Virus record (IMG/VR): IMGVR_UViG_3300034071_001887
Coordinates: 1-54,654 of that record
Reading direction: 5' to 3' (one strand)
DNA: 54,654 bases
Source of the DNA: a virus
Taxonomy: Duplodnaviria; Caudoviricetes
Below the pieces are notes generated by a model. That model worked only from the letters and a program-made list of their open reading frames with translations, did not search any database and was not told the DNA's origin. The first letter of the stretch is position 1. Each line of letters begins with the position of its first letter. The translations under genes and the position numbers were made by a program. Shown here piece after piece: positions 27,299-38,898 of the stretch.

Positions 27299-28726
27299 AT
27301 GGCATATTCTAATATAGATCGCAGAGCAGAACAAATCATTAAACAAGATGATACGCTTGCGTCTAAAAGATTTGTTATAGAAAGAAAGCCAGACGAATCT
27401 CTGTTTTATGAACTAGAAGAAGCTGTAGTACTGGATGTTATAATGGATGAAAACCACCCAGAAATTGCAAGATCTCAGTTGACGATTGATACTTGGCCTC
27501 CGAATATAGATGGCAGTGAACCGATTGGAACGGATAAAGATTATTCGTGGATAGGTAGAATACGATTTAGGCTTATCAACAGTCAGCAAAATGAAGAAAA
27601 AGAAACATTGGATTGGGCATTTCCTATGGAAAATACGGGGATTGTCGAATATCCTCTAATGAACGAAATAGTAATTATTGGAAAATATAGAGACCAGTAT
27701 TTCTATACCAGAAAGTTAAATGTTAATTCCACAATAAATGCAAATGCGGATTTTTCGGCAGAAAGAACTTCGGGTCAAGTTGACAAAAATATAAACGAAT
27801 ACTCTGAAGATGGAGCATATACAGGTCCAGAATCAAAAATTAATTTTTCTGGGGGTGACGATTATACAGGAATATTGGGAAATTATTTTAAATTTAACCC
27901 AAAAATACGTGGATTGAAATTATATGAGGGAGATACCATATTACAATCGAGATTTGGATCATCTATAAGATTTGGAGCATACGACAGTAATCGTGAAAAT
28001 GATAATGGGCTCGGAGAATACTCGGACAAAGGTGGAAACCCAATGGTACTTATACGAAATAGGCAAGCTCCAGTAAAATTACCACAAGGTCGTTCGGGTA
28101 AAGGATATACTCTCGAGGATATAAATAAAGATGGTTCTTCCATACATCTTACTTCCGGAAAAACTATCTCTGGATTTTCTCCGGTGACAACAACGGGAAT
28201 GGTAAATGTCACGAGGGGTATTCCTTTTCCGAAATTGGATGGCGACCAAATAGTAATAAACAGTGACAGATTAGTATTTTCGTCGAAGGCAAACGAAATG
28301 CTATTCTTTTCCAAGAAAATGATCGGAATCTCTACGGATCAAGTACTTTCTTTAAATTCTTACGGAAATACGACAATAACGTCCAATAAAGGAATAATGG
28401 CGTTGAATGCCCCGAAGATATATCTCAATTTTAATACAGAGGGACCAAATGATCAGCCAGTCTTACTAGGCAGAACCACCGTCCTGTGGATGTATGCTTT
28501 ATGTGATTGGTTATTGTTGAGTGTAAATACTCAAATACAAATGTTGACTGCATTAATATCACACTTTCATATGACTAAAGTTGGTCCAACGACGCCCACT
28601 ATGCCTCCCGCCATGGCAATGTGGGCAGAGCAAATGCAATCGTTATATGCATCTCAAATAAGCTTGACTGCGTTAAGATCGCAGTTGAGTTCGTTGTTAA
28701 GTAGTAGAGTATTCTTGGGAGGATAA
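27299..28726 (+). CDS. baseplate central spike (gp5/gpV-like)
   Basis: OB-fold-like N-terminus (GRIRFR..WAFP..YPL.NEIV), EGDTILQSRFGSSIRF, beta-repeat region, HFH..GPT tip motif; upstream of gp25/gp6-like genes. Confidence 0.7.
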   Translation: MAYSNIDRRAEQIIKQDDTLASKRFVIERKPDESLFYELEEAVVLDVIMDENHPEIARSQLTIDTWPPNIDGSEPIGTDKDYSWIGRIRFRLINSQQNEEKETLDWAFPMENTGIVEYPLMNEIVIIGKYRDQYFYTRKLNVNSTINANADFSAERTSGQVDKNINEYSEDGAYTGPESKINFSGGDDYTGILGNYFKFNPKIRGLKLYEGDTILQSRFGSSIRFGAYDSNRENDNGLGEYSDKGGNPMVLIRNRQAPVKLPQGRSGKGYTLEDINKDGSSIHLTSGKTISGFSPVTTTGMVNVTRGIPFPKLDGDQIVINSDRLVFSSKANEMLFFSKKMIGISTDQVLSLNSYGNTTITSNKGIMALNAPKIYLNFNTEGPNDQPVLLGRTTVLWMYALCDWLLLSVNTQIQMLTALISHFHMTKVGPTTPTMPPAMAMWAEQMQSLYASQISLTALRSQLSSLLSSRVFLGG

Positions 28727-28727
28727 T

Positions 28728-29711
28728 ATGAATGTACTATCTGTAGTCAGGGCTCCGTCAGTGTCTTTATCATCTACCACTTTTTCTTCGCCTTCAATAA
28801 GTGTAAGTGCCCCTTCGGTAAGTGTGGGAACAAGTGCCCCTAAATTTTTAACAGGAACAGCACCTGATTTATCTTTAAGATCCATTAGTGCTCCGAGTTT
28901 AAGTATAACAAATCCCATATCTAGTCCATCGAGCTTGAATTTGAGTGGAATTGGACAAACTATGGGAGTACCAACAAGTATAGGAAGTGTGTCGTCCGGT
29001 TTGGGAGTACCTACAAGCATAGGAGGCGCAGCATCTTCACTGGGAATTCCGACATCCTTACCTCCCGTTGGAGACGCACTTAAAACACTTGGATTTAATG
29101 CCAGTATGCCAAAGTTAGATTTAAGTTTGACTGGTTTAAATTTTCCAAAACTTCCAGAATTTCCTGGTATAGATTTAGCTGGTATAAATCTTGGAGCCGG
29201 TCCAAAGTTTATAGCCGAGCAGATAGCAAAATATAAAAGTATAGTTCCTCCATTTATACCGGGATTGAAAATAAATATGGGAATGGCATTAGCAGCAGTA
29301 TCTGTAATAAAGGCGGCAATGTCCGCAAATCCTTCAGAATTGTTGAAACATTTGTTGAGTAGTGTAGTGGATGACATAAAAGGTCAAGCGTTAGGTCAAT
29401 TGCAAACAGCAATTGATTCCACTGGAGTGAATAACTTGCAAGGCCAGCTTAATGGCGTAGTAGGAGGCGCAAAAGATTCATTTTTGAGCAATTTTAATAC
29501 GTTAAATCCTCCTCAAACTACGACAAACTCGGATGGAGAAACGATAGAAGTACCCGCCCCAAAACCAGATTTATCTGGATTTCCAAATGTTAGTAATATT
29601 GCACCGAAAGTTGGAGAAGGTATATTATCGACTTCAAATATAAAAACAAGTCAATTTACGTCCACGGTGGGGTCTACACTTAAATCATTTACCTTTCCAC
29701 CAAATGGCTGA
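28728..29711 (+). CDS. low-complexity Ser/Pro/Gly-rich protein in baseplate operon
   Basis: 327-aa ORF with APS.S and LG(V/I)PTS repeats. Confidence 0.75.
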   Translation: MNVLSVVRAPSVSLSSTTFSSPSISVSAPSVSVGTSAPKFLTGTAPDLSLRSISAPSLSITNPISSPSSLNLSGIGQTMGVPTSIGSVSSGLGVPTSIGGAASSLGIPTSLPPVGDALKTLGFNASMPKLDLSLTGLNFPKLPEFPGIDLAGINLGAGPKFIAEQIAKYKSIVPPFIPGLKINMGMALAAVSVIKAAMSANPSELLKHLLSSVVDDIKGQALGQLQTAIDSTGVNNLQGQLNGVVGGAKDSFLSNFNTLNPPQTTTNSDGETIEVPAPKPDLSGFPNVSNIAPKVGEGILSTSNIKTSQFTSTVGSTLKSFTFPPNG

Positions 29712-29751
29712 TTATTAAAAATACTATATATTTATATAAAGCATCATATAT

Positions 29752-30207
29752 ATGAAAAAGAACGAACTAGTAGATATTATAAGAACTATCGTAAAAGAAG
29801 AAGTGCATAACGCTCTTCCGCAGTTATTGATGGAAGTGCTCGCAGAAAAAATGACAGAGAACTCGGCAGCAATACTTGAGACAAGAAAGCAAGCCGACCA
29901 AGTTCCAACCAGAAAACCAAATTTCAACGTTGGATTAGAAGAGCCAGCAAAAAAGCAGGCAGTTCAAGCACCTAGAATTTTTACAAAAAATCCTTTACTA
30001 AATCAAGTATTGAACGAAACGGTTGGTGGCGTTCCAACTGAAGAACAAACGTCGGTGGCCTCTGCGTTGGATGTTATCAAAACTTTACCAAAAGAGGCAT
30101 TGAACGAGAACAAAGAAGTTGCCGCTGTAGCCAATGCATTAACCAGAGATTATTCAAAACTCATAAAAGCCGCCGACGCCAAGGCAAAAGCAAAACGGCC
30201 AACATAA
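29752..30207 (+). CDS. hypothetical protein with MKKNELVDIIRTIVKEE leader
   Basis: 151-aa ORF; NP.LNQVLNET motif; ATATTTATA upstream. Confidence 0.8.
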   Translation: MKKNELVDIIRTIVKEEVHNALPQLLMEVLAEKMTENSAAILETRKQADQVPTRKPNFNVGLEEPAKKQAVQAPRIFTKNPLLNQVLNETVGGVPTEEQTSVASALDVIKTLPKEALNENKEVAAVANALTRDYSKLIKAADAKAKAKRPT

Positions 30208-30212
30208 AATAA

Positions 30213-30623
30213 ATGGCAACAATACCACAACCTTATGGAATAACTTTGCCCATAGCACATGGGCCACAGGGGTATTTCAATCAAAGTTATAGCATATTAG
30301 AACAAGTAAAATCAAATCTTAATTTTCTTCTAAGAACGAAAAAAGGAGAAAGAAGAATGAACCCAGAGTTTGGTTCCGGTCTGTGGAATATATTGTTTGA
30401 AAATTATACAGATAACATTACTCCATTGATAGAAGATGTCATAAGAAAAGATATTTCGCGTTGGATGTCTTATGTAAATGTAAACAGCGTAGAAGTAAAC
30501 ACAGACGACACTGAATACAAGGATAAGTATAAAGTTGGAGTTACCGTACTGTTTACTGTGCCAAGCGTTGGTATAACCGATACACAAACGTTGGAAATCT
30601 CGATGAACACCGGAAATATATGA
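30213..30623 (+). CDS. baseplate wedge subunit, gp25-like
   Basis: NLNFLLRTKKGERRMNPEFGSGL..LFE signature. Confidence 0.9.
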   Translation: MATIPQPYGITLPIAHGPQGYFNQSYSILEQVKSNLNFLLRTKKGERRMNPEFGSGLWNILFENYTDNITPLIEDVIRKDISRWMSYVNVNSVEVNTDDTEYKDKYKVGVTVLFTVPSVGITDTQTLEISMNTGNI

Positions 30624-32575
30624 TATTAGATACACCAAAATCATTTAAGCCAGAAAATAAAGATATAAAGTATCTAAATAGGGATTTTTCTCAGTTGAAG
30701 CAATCGTTGATGGATTTTGCAAAGACCTACTATCCAAACACATACAAAGACTTCAGCGAAGCATCTACGGGAATGATGTTTATGGAAATGGCGGCGTATG
30801 TTGGTGATGTATTGTCATATTACATAGATTATCAATTCAAAGAATCAATGCTTGTAAATTCCGAAGAACGCAAGAATATTATAGATGCTTCGAAATCGGT
30901 GGGATATAAGGCAAAGGCAACAATACCTTCGGTTACAAAATTGGATGTGTATCAGTTAGTTCCTGCAAAAACGAATGATGCTGGAGAAATTGTCCCAGAC
31001 TTAAATTATGCCCAGATTATAAAACCAGGAATGACGGCAATCAGTGATACCAATGTAACATTTATCACAAATTCTCCAGTAGATTTCACGGTGGATACAA
31101 AGAATGATCCATTGGAAATTTCCGTATTTCAGAGAAACGCCTCCGGACAGCCGGAATTTTTTGTACTTAAAAAATCCGTCGATGCTTTTTCTGGACAGAT
31201 ACTAACAAAAAATGTATCTGTGGCATCACCTGTTCCGTTTTTCAAAATATACTTAGACAATACTAATGTTATAGAAGTTTTAGACGTATATGATTCGGAT
31301 GGTAATAGATGGTACGAGACCGATTATTTGGCACAAGACTTGGTTCCAATAGATTACGAAAACATCTATAAAAACAACATAACGCTGTCTGCTTATCGGG
31401 ACACTACTCCATTTTTGTTGAGATATTTGCGCACATCAAAGCGATTTGTGACGGGGGTGGATGCCGAAAATAATACATTTTTAGAATTTGGTTCAGGAAC
31501 TAGCATAAAAGACGACGAATTAATTATACCAAATGCGTTTACTGTAAACAGACCGACCACGTTTAGATCAGAAAATATTGCATACGATCCATCAAATTTT
31601 CTATCGTCTAAAGCGTTTGGTCAGGCTCCATCAAACACGACGTTGACTATACGATATGTTGTTGGTGGTGGAGTAGAAAGTAACGTAAATGCAAATGCAA
31701 TAAAAAATGTAAGTTCTGTTGAATTTTTCGGAGATTTAACTGAACTCGGTTTGTTAGAATTCAATTTGACCAATTTGGTACGTAGATCGGTGAGAGTAAA
31801 TAATCCAATACCGGCAACGGGCGGAAGAGCCGCAGAAACAAATGACGAGATTCGAAACAACGCACTTGCATACTTTGCTGCCCAAAATCGTGCAGTAACG
31901 CAAGGCGACTATGAAGTAAGAACATATGCAATGCCATCAAAATATGGTTCTATTGCCAAGGTCTATGCGGTAACAGACACTCAGTTGGACATATCAGATA
32001 TACAAGCACAACCATCAACAACACAGACCGGAAGTTTGGCACCAGGTACAACAAATAAGATTGATACGAGTAAAAATAACCCATTTGCTATAAATTTATA
32101 TTTGCTATGTTATGATAACAATCAACGATTGATACCTACTAACGAAGCGGTACGTAATAATCTGAAAAACTATCTAAATCAGTATAGAATGCTTACGGAC
32201 AGCGTGAATATGTTGGATGGATATGTTATTAACATTGGTGTAGATTTTAGCATTATTGTTTATAAAAACTATAATAAGCGTGAAGTTTTGGCTAATTGCT
32301 TAACATTAGTACAGCAATATTTTGACATAAACAATGTAAAGTTCTGTCAGCCAATCAATCTTAGCAGATTGGAACTGGAAATCGCCAAGGTAGATGGAGT
32401 TCAGTCCGTAACTCAGTTGCGTGTAAAAAATCTTACACTAAAAGACGGCGATTATTCTCAGTATGAATATAACATTGAAAGGGCCACTATAGATAAGGTT
32501 ATATATCCATCCATAGATCCATCTGTATTTGAGGTTCGTTTTCCAACAAAAGACATTGTAGGAAGAGTGGCATAA
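30620..32575 (+). CDS. baseplate wedge subunit, T4 gp6/baseplate-J-like
   Basis: YLNRDF, DFSEASTGMMFMEMAAYVGD, LEFG.G, ATGGRAAET..EIR, QNRAVT.GDY. Confidence 0.9.
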   Translation: MILDTPKSFKPENKDIKYLNRDFSQLKQSLMDFAKTYYPNTYKDFSEASTGMMFMEMAAYVGDVLSYYIDYQFKESMLVNSEERKNIIDASKSVGYKAKATIPSVTKLDVYQLVPAKTNDAGEIVPDLNYAQIIKPGMTAISDTNVTFITNSPVDFTVDTKNDPLEISVFQRNASGQPEFFVLKKSVDAFSGQILTKNVSVASPVPFFKIYLDNTNVIEVLDVYDSDGNRWYETDYLAQDLVPIDYENIYKNNITLSAYRDTTPFLLRYLRTSKRFVTGVDAENNTFLEFGSGTSIKDDELIIPNAFTVNRPTTFRSENIAYDPSNFLSSKAFGQAPSNTTLTIRYVVGGGVESNVNANAIKNVSSVEFFGDLTELGLLEFNLTNLVRRSVRVNNPIPATGGRAAETNDEIRNNALAYFAAQNRAVTQGDYEVRTYAMPSKYGSIAKVYAVTDTQLDISDIQAQPSTTQTGSLAPGTTNKIDTSKNNPFAINLYLLCYDNNQRLIPTNEAVRNNLKNYLNQYRMLTDSVNMLDGYVINIGVDFSIIVYKNYNKREVLANCLTLVQQYFDINNVKFCQPINLSRLELEIAKVDGVQSVTQLRVKNLTLKDGDYSQYEYNIERATIDKVIYPSIDPSVFEVRFPTKDIVGRVA

Positions 32576-32630
32576 ATATAGATAGAATATCTGTTGGGCG
32601 GTTATATTTATAAAGTAAAGAAATATATAA

Positions 32631-33971
32631 ATGCACTACTTTTTATATCCAACAAAAGACACGTTTATAACCAACTATCCAACCTATATGTACAAAAATA
32701 TGGGTTTGGACGAACTATTAGAAGTTGAAAAGCGGGTCTCTGGCTATAGTTGTTCAAGTACGAGTACATTTCCTGTATTGTTTTCTTATACCAGTTCAAG
32801 CATAGAACTATTGAATGGACCAAAATCAGCGTCTTTTAATTCCGGTTCTACGGATTCAAGAATAGTATCCAGTTCATATAAAGATGTATCTGGTCCAACT
32901 ACTATGGGTGCTGTCTTATCACGAGCACTTTTACATTTTGACTTATCTACTATATCGCAATCTATAGCGGCGGGAACAATTACCAGCCCTAAGTTTTTCT
33001 TGAACTTGAAGATTTGTGAGTCGCAAGAAGTGCCAGTTCGTTATTCGCTTGCCGCATATCCTGTTTCTCAATCTTGGGCAATGGGAACAGGATACAAATA
33101 CGATGGAGCATCCACATCAGATGGAGCAAACTGGAAGTTTTATAGTGCCGACCAACTACAAAAATGGTGGAATACTGGATCACTTACCGACTGTAGTGGC
33201 GGTGGTGTATGGTGGTTAGATAGTGCTTCTATCGCGTCTGGTTCTGGATATGCAGAATATCCAAACATAAGTCAATACAATCCATTTCCAGATTGTCCTA
33301 CAAGCAGTTATGTTCCGCCCGCGTCTTCTAGTATAATATCTACAGGTTCATACGCTTGCTATCAATATTTTGACTATCAAACATCTGACGTAAGAATGGA
33401 TGTTACTCCAATAGTAAATGCTTGGCTTAAGAAAGCTATACCAAACGAAGGTTTCATATTGATGCACGCAGACGAGTCAAGTTCTGTGGATTATGGATCA
33501 TTGAAGTTCTTTAGCAAAGAAACCAACACAATATACTCACCATATCTCGATGTGTGCTGGTATGATTCTACCATCAATACTGGCAGTGCGGACGCTATAC
33601 AACTGCGTGACGCTGTAGTAAATATGAAGAATATGGCAAGAGAATATAAGTTTGGTTCTATTGTTCGTATGGATGTTGCCGCAAGACAAAGATATCCAGT
33701 AAAAACATTTACTAATAGATTCTCTGATTATCTTTCACCATACTATCTACCATCGTCCAGTTATTATCAAATCAAGGACGCAGAAAGTGAAGAAACAATA
33801 CTTCCGTATGATGATTTTACTCGTCTAAGTTGTGATCCAACAGGAAACTATTTTATGCTTGATACAAGCGGACTTGCGTCTGAACGATACTACAAGGTTG
33901 AAATACGTTCAGAACAAAGTGGGTCTATATTGACCTATACTATTCCAACAACATTCAAGATTTCTAGATGA
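32631..33971 (+). CDS. virion structural protein (DNRLRE-like fold)
   Basis: PTKDTFI..N.GLDELLEV, SRALLHFDL, W.MGTG, MDVT.IV.AW..PNEGFIL, FFSKET..PYL; within baseplate operon. Confidence 0.7.
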   Translation: MHYFLYPTKDTFITNYPTYMYKNMGLDELLEVEKRVSGYSCSSTSTFPVLFSYTSSSIELLNGPKSASFNSGSTDSRIVSSSYKDVSGPTTMGAVLSRALLHFDLSTISQSIAAGTITSPKFFLNLKICESQEVPVRYSLAAYPVSQSWAMGTGYKYDGASTSDGANWKFYSADQLQKWWNTGSLTDCSGGGVWWLDSASIASGSGYAEYPNISQYNPFPDCPTSSYVPPASSSIISTGSYACYQYFDYQTSDVRMDVTPIVNAWLKKAIPNEGFILMHADESSSVDYGSLKFFSKETNTIYSPYLDVCWYDSTINTGSADAIQLRDAVVNMKNMAREYKFGSIVRMDVAARQRYPVKTFTNRFSDYLSPYYLPSSSYYQIKDAESEETILPYDDFTRLSCDPTGNYFMLDTSGLASERYYKVEIRSEQSGSILTYTIPTTFKISR

Positions 33972-34189
33972 AAGCCAACCCAAATCTAACTGGATATAAT
34001 CAAGCCGATGTAGAAAGTTTATTAAGCACCGGTTATATTGTACCAAATATAGACGAGTATTCTAACCTAATCATACAAAATGTTACTGGTCAGTTGTATA
34101 GTTCATCCATAAGCATAGAGCTAAAAAACGTGATATACGAGCCAGTAAAAGTTGAAACTAGAATTGACCCAACATTTACAGAGTTATGA
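33968..34189 (+). CDS. small structural-operon protein
   Basis: ATGA overlaps at both ends. Confidence 0.75.
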   Translation: MKANPNLTGYNQADVESLLSTGYIVPNIDEYSNLIIQNVTGQLYSSSISIELKNVIYEPVKVETRIDPTFTEL

Positions 34190-37100
34190 ATTTATCCGAT
34201 GTACAATACACAGTAACCTCTACCTCGTCTTTGAGTTATGGATCGTTTTTAAGCAAAGAAGATTTAAGTTTTTACACGGACGGCAAGACTTCCAGAAATT
34301 TTCCATTTAGTCGCTCAGAAAAAGATTATATAAAATTTGGAGTATATAACTTGGACGAAAGTTTGATCACATCGTCCATGATATATTCGACCGGAGAATA
34401 TTCAGTTCATACATCATCATATTATGATGTATTTAATCAGTTCATAACATATTCTTACAAAAAATATAATACCGATTTTGTAATACTTGGTACAGAAACA
34501 CAGTCATTGTTTTTTGACGTAAGCAAAAATCTAAATAACCTTGGCGTACAAAACGGAAATTATAAACTTTATATAGAACTTGGTAGAAACGTCATTGGTA
34601 GTGAGAACGGAAGTGAAAACAAACTTATCATAAACGGAATTTCTACGAGTAGAACGGAAATAGGAATAATACCAAAAACTATAAAAGGTACTAAATCCAC
34701 TATCAACACCGAATATGATATATTTTCCAACGCACAAATACAGGTAAATGAAATTGCGGACGATTTAATATTTGGATTATCCAAACCGGAAATATATCAG
34801 ATTTATAATGGCGCCGCCGCACAAAATCCAACTGGATCAAACGAGCTAAAATTGAATTATAGTTTTAAAAGAGACGTTGATGTTGTTTCGTTTCTAAATG
34901 ACATATACTATGGCGTTAAAAAAGGAAATCGCCGCAGTAATGGCCAATATGCCAACAATGATGTTCTTGGAATATATGACCAGTTCAAAAATTGGGCATA
35001 TCAAAATTACGAAGTAGGTTATACTTTCAGTTCTATTCGTGATTACTATTATAGTCTGTTCTTGTATATCATAGATCAGGAGCTAAACCGCATAACAAAC
35101 AAAAAACCGGACACATATCCTCAGATTGTAGAGTTTTTGCAGACAATATTTTATAATAATATATTTTATCCGGTAATATTTGGGTTAGAACAAAAATATA
35201 ACATAAATTTGTCGGGGTACTTTAAGTATTATTTGAATATACCTGGCAAAAAGCCTATATCAATAATCAATAGAAAATCTGTCGCGGTGACTGACCCAAG
35301 ATTTTATGATGTATTAGTATTGAAATTACTTGAGCCACTCCCGAATGATATAGACCTAAATACCGATGTGTGGGTTACTTGCGATTTTGCGTTCTTACCA
35401 ATCGTACAAAATGTTTATTTTTATTCAAAGCAAGTAATAAGTACTATACCTCTGCGGGGTCCAAACTTTTTAATAAAAATAGAAAATGAAGGAAATGCAA
35501 CCGAAGCGTTATCTATGGAACAACTCGTTGGAGAAACGGGAAGTTTATACAATGAACTAGAAAAAAAATTAGAAGGTAAAAATAAACGCTTTATTGATAC
35601 TACCGACTATAGGAGTTTTGAAAACTTTATAAATTTTTCTTCGGCAGACTTACGGCTCAAGGCATTTGAAAGCAAACGATCAAACATAGAAGAACTTGCC
35701 AGAGAAATACAAGATTTAGATGTAAAACTTACACCAAACCCAAATGACACATTTTATCTAAAACAAAGATCCGAGGCCAACGACCAGATAGACGATTTGG
35801 AGGCAGGGATGGATGGTTATGAAAAGTTCTTATATGATAATCCAATGTGGTATGATGAACATACCAGAGAGATTGATGGATATACTTCTGCTTCTTTGTA
35901 TGATAAAGAGAATGGTGGAGCATTGATTAACAATCTTCCTCAGTTTTTGGTAGAAGATTCCGATAATAACGCAGACTATATAAAGTTTGTTGGTATGGTT
36001 GGTCATTTTTTTGACAATATTTCGTTGGCGGCAAAACAGTATACAGAAAAAAACAACGTATCAAGTTCTCCAAATGTAGGAATATCAACTGATATTGTCG
36101 GGGATATGTTACAATCTCTTGGCTGGGATGTGGAGATATCAAAAGATAATCTTCCATTGATACTTTCTGCGTTTTCAAAATCTGACTTTGACCCAGAGTC
36201 TCCACTATATTCAAAAGCCAGAGAGTTTTCAGAAGAGCAAAGAAATCAAATAATATGGAAACGTATACTCAATACGCTGCCATATATCTACAAAACAAAA
36301 GGAACTGAAGCATCTCTGAACGCTTTGATTTCGTGCTTTGGCGTACCAAAGAATATAATCAAGATAAAAGAATATGGTGGCATACAAAACGTCAGTGATT
36401 TAACCGACAAATCTCTGTATATCGTAGAAGAAGTAAAGTATGAACCGTACTTCAGCGGAAGCGGTGAATATTTCAAGTTGGGTTGGACTGGTAGTGCTCA
36501 GTCAATAGAATTTAGTTTTAGATTCGACACAAAAAAGACACACGATGATGGTAAAGTATTTAGATTAGTAAATTGCTCGGATGTGTGGGTTATGGGTGCT
36601 GTTCGTGAAAAAGGTAAAGATTGGGGGACATTGTTTTTTAGTATTGATGACGGGGCAGGATCGGTAAAGTCAATACTTACTTCGAGAGCACCAATATTTG
36701 ATGGAAATTCATACAAAGCGATGCTTCGTAGAAACGATGTTGAATCTGCGTTTGGAGCAACTGCCTCTCTGAATTCGTATCCTACCAGATATGACTTACT
36801 ACTTCAAAAATCCGAAGATGACCGTATAACATTTTATGTTTCGTCCAGTGCATTCTTGAGTGGAAGTTATAATAACTCGTTTGAATCCGGTTCCTATCTT
36901 TATATCGGAAATTATAATCAAAATACCGCATCATTGAGCATTGACCCAGAGGCATTTTTTGGAAATATAGATGATATAAGAATATGGGAATCTCCATTAT
37001 CTACAGAAAGATTTACTGCCCACACATTAAACACAAATGCGTATGATCTCGAAACTCCGCAACAAATGGTTTCGGAAAACTTGTATAGAATATCGTTTGA

Positions 37101-38847
37101 GCGGCCAGTCGATTTATCGTATGGAGTGATATTAAACAATCTATCATTTAGGAGTGATTTTCCAACATTCGAGGTGGTAAATTTTCAACCAGTATTAGTA
37201 CCATTGGAGCAAATTACATATTGCGATCCACCCGTTGGTACCGGGTTCCCGTATCAATTTTCTCGTAAAGAGGTAAGAATGACAATGAACTTACCGGACT
37301 ATGGGTCAAACAAGTTTAGAAGCAATAAAATTAATTATATAGAGCAAGAACTTTCCACAAACTTGTCATCGGAAACCAGAGCATCATATAAAGCGAGTGA
37401 ATTATCTAACGTAGATTCAAATAAACTTGGAATTTTCTTTTCACCGTCAGAATTACAAAACACGGAAATCATAAAGTTTTTTGGAGAATTTCCTCTCGGA
37501 GATTTGATCGGAGATCCATCCGATGTATATAAACGTTCATACGACAAGTTTGAAAAGTTTAAGCAGATATATTACGACCAAGGATTTGGAAATATAGATT
37601 TTAGTTTATTCATGAATATAGTTCGCTTTTATTTTGACAAGGCGATGTTCAAATATATCAAAGGTCTTATTCCCGCAAGAGCAAAGCTTGTAGATGGTAT
37701 ATTAATTGAACCTACGATACTAGAAAGACCAAAGCTCGAACAAAAACCTTTAGTGAAACACGATGTTGGTCAAAAAATTGGCGTCGCTGATGGAGTAAAT
37801 AGAATCACAGCAATAAAAGATGCTAACAAGAGCGCGAGTTTGGAGGTAAAATACAGAGGGGCTTCAATATATTCCGACGTAAATCAAATATTTTTTCCAA
37901 TTATAGATGATGTTTATGGATTTAGATTGTTTGCCGACGACGGTATCACTTTCTTGGACGGAGAATTTTATAGAGTAGATGTAATAAAGTATAACAAAAA
38001 ATATCAAGTATATCAAAAATACGTAAAACCATACAGTGAGTTGTCTGAACTAGAGGTACTCAATGATTTCCGAGGTAAAACGGAAACTATAGAAAAACCT
38101 TATTATGCAGTAAATCTCGTTAAGTTACCAACGTCGACCGGATATCCAATGACTGCGTCATTTAGTAATCTATTTTCTGGAAACATATATTTCAGTGGAA
38201 GTTTATATTTTAATGATAATTTAGTTGGTGAATATGATTATGTAACAAGTACTCCACACGCAATTTATGGTCTAATATCCGGTGCATTTGAAGGACTGGA
38301 TATTCGCCAATCTCCAAACTTTGTCGTAGGTAATGTATTTAGTCCAGGATTGAACATCACTGGAAGTTTAATATCAAACGGAAGACCTGTGACATATTCG
38401 GGGCTATTTAATTTGATAGATGGAATTCAGACATTTGAAGGTAATATATACGGAGAAAATGTCGGCAACTCTGTCAATGATAAAACGGTCTATAACATAG
38501 AATTCATATCTTCGTCACCAACAAGTTCAGTTTTTAATGATTTTATAGAAAATACTTCAAACGCTCTATTCGGACCACTTGGGCAAGGTCTTTCTTATAG
38601 AAAAGAATATTCTATGCAATATTATCCGTCCAATGCTACTTTACTGAACGGCTACAGAGACAATCATTACAAATATACAAAGCGGCAATTTTCTACAAAA
38701 GAACTAAATAGCTATCAAATAAATCCAACGACTGGCACACAGGCTGGGTTTAAGTGGAAAAAGCACAGTCAGAATAAAAAAACTACCGTAGATCCAAAAA
38801 CTGGTCTTCTTGATAATAGTGAACCAGTAGTATCAAAAACAGTATAA
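34186..38847 (+). CDS. large baseplate/virion structural protein with LamG-like domain
   Basis: 1553 aa; LPYIYKTKGT..SL..LISCFG wedge-type motif; FGNIDDIRIWESPL LamG-like; GILIEPTILER. Confidence 0.8.
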   Translation: MNLSDVQYTVTSTSSLSYGSFLSKEDLSFYTDGKTSRNFPFSRSEKDYIKFGVYNLDESLITSSMIYSTGEYSVHTSSYYDVFNQFITYSYKKYNTDFVILGTETQSLFFDVSKNLNNLGVQNGNYKLYIELGRNVIGSENGSENKLIINGISTSRTEIGIIPKTIKGTKSTINTEYDIFSNAQIQVNEIADDLIFGLSKPEIYQIYNGAAAQNPTGSNELKLNYSFKRDVDVVSFLNDIYYGVKKGNRRSNGQYANNDVLGIYDQFKNWAYQNYEVGYTFSSIRDYYYSLFLYIIDQELNRITNKKPDTYPQIVEFLQTIFYNNIFYPVIFGLEQKYNINLSGYFKYYLNIPGKKPISIINRKSVAVTDPRFYDVLVLKLLEPLPNDIDLNTDVWVTCDFAFLPIVQNVYFYSKQVISTIPLRGPNFLIKIENEGNATEALSMEQLVGETGSLYNELEKKLEGKNKRFIDTTDYRSFENFINFSSADLRLKAFESKRSNIEELAREIQDLDVKLTPNPNDTFYLKQRSEANDQIDDLEAGMDGYEKFLYDNPMWYDEHTREIDGYTSASLYDKENGGALINNLPQFLVEDSDNNADYIKFVGMVGHFFDNISLAAKQYTEKNNVSSSPNVGISTDIVGDMLQSLGWDVEISKDNLPLILSAFSKSDFDPESPLYSKAREFSEEQRNQIIWKRILNTLPYIYKTKGTEASLNALISCFGVPKNIIKIKEYGGIQNVSDLTDKSLYIVEEVKYEPYFSGSGEYFKLGWTGSAQSIEFSFRFDTKKTHDDGKVFRLVNCSDVWVMGAVREKGKDWGTLFFSIDDGAGSVKSILTSRAPIFDGNSYKAMLRRNDVESAFGATASLNSYPTRYDLLLQKSEDDRITFYVSSSAFLSGSYNNSFESGSYLYIGNYNQNTASLSIDPEAFFGNIDDIRIWESPLSTERFTAHTLNTNAYDLETPQQMVSENLYRISFERPVDLSYGVILNNLSFRSDFPTFEVVNFQPVLVPLEQITYCDPPVGTGFPYQFSRKEVRMTMNLPDYGSNKFRSNKINYIEQELSTNLSSETRASYKASELSNVDSNKLGIFFSPSELQNTEIIKFFGEFPLGDLIGDPSDVYKRSYDKFEKFKQIYYDQGFGNIDFSLFMNIVRFYFDKAMFKYIKGLIPARAKLVDGILIEPTILERPKLEQKPLVKHDVGQKIGVADGVNRITAIKDANKSASLEVKYRGASIYSDVNQIFFPIIDDVYGFRLFADDGITFLDGEFYRVDVIKYNKKYQVYQKYVKPYSELSELEVLNDFRGKTETIEKPYYAVNLVKLPTSTGYPMTASFSNLFSGNIYFSGSLYFNDNLVGEYDYVTSTPHAIYGLISGAFEGLDIRQSPNFVVGNVFSPGLNITGSLISNGRPVTYSGLFNLIDGIQTFEGNIYGENVGNSVNDKTVYNIEFISSSPTSSVFNDFIENTSNALFGPLGQGLSYRKEYSMQYYPSNATLLNGYRDNHYKYTKRQFSTKELNSYQINPTTGTQAGFKWKKHSQNKKTTVDPKTGLLDNSEPVVSKTV

Positions 38848-38898
38848 AATAAGTAAAAAAAGGATTTAACATATATATTTATTTAGAAAGAAACCTAT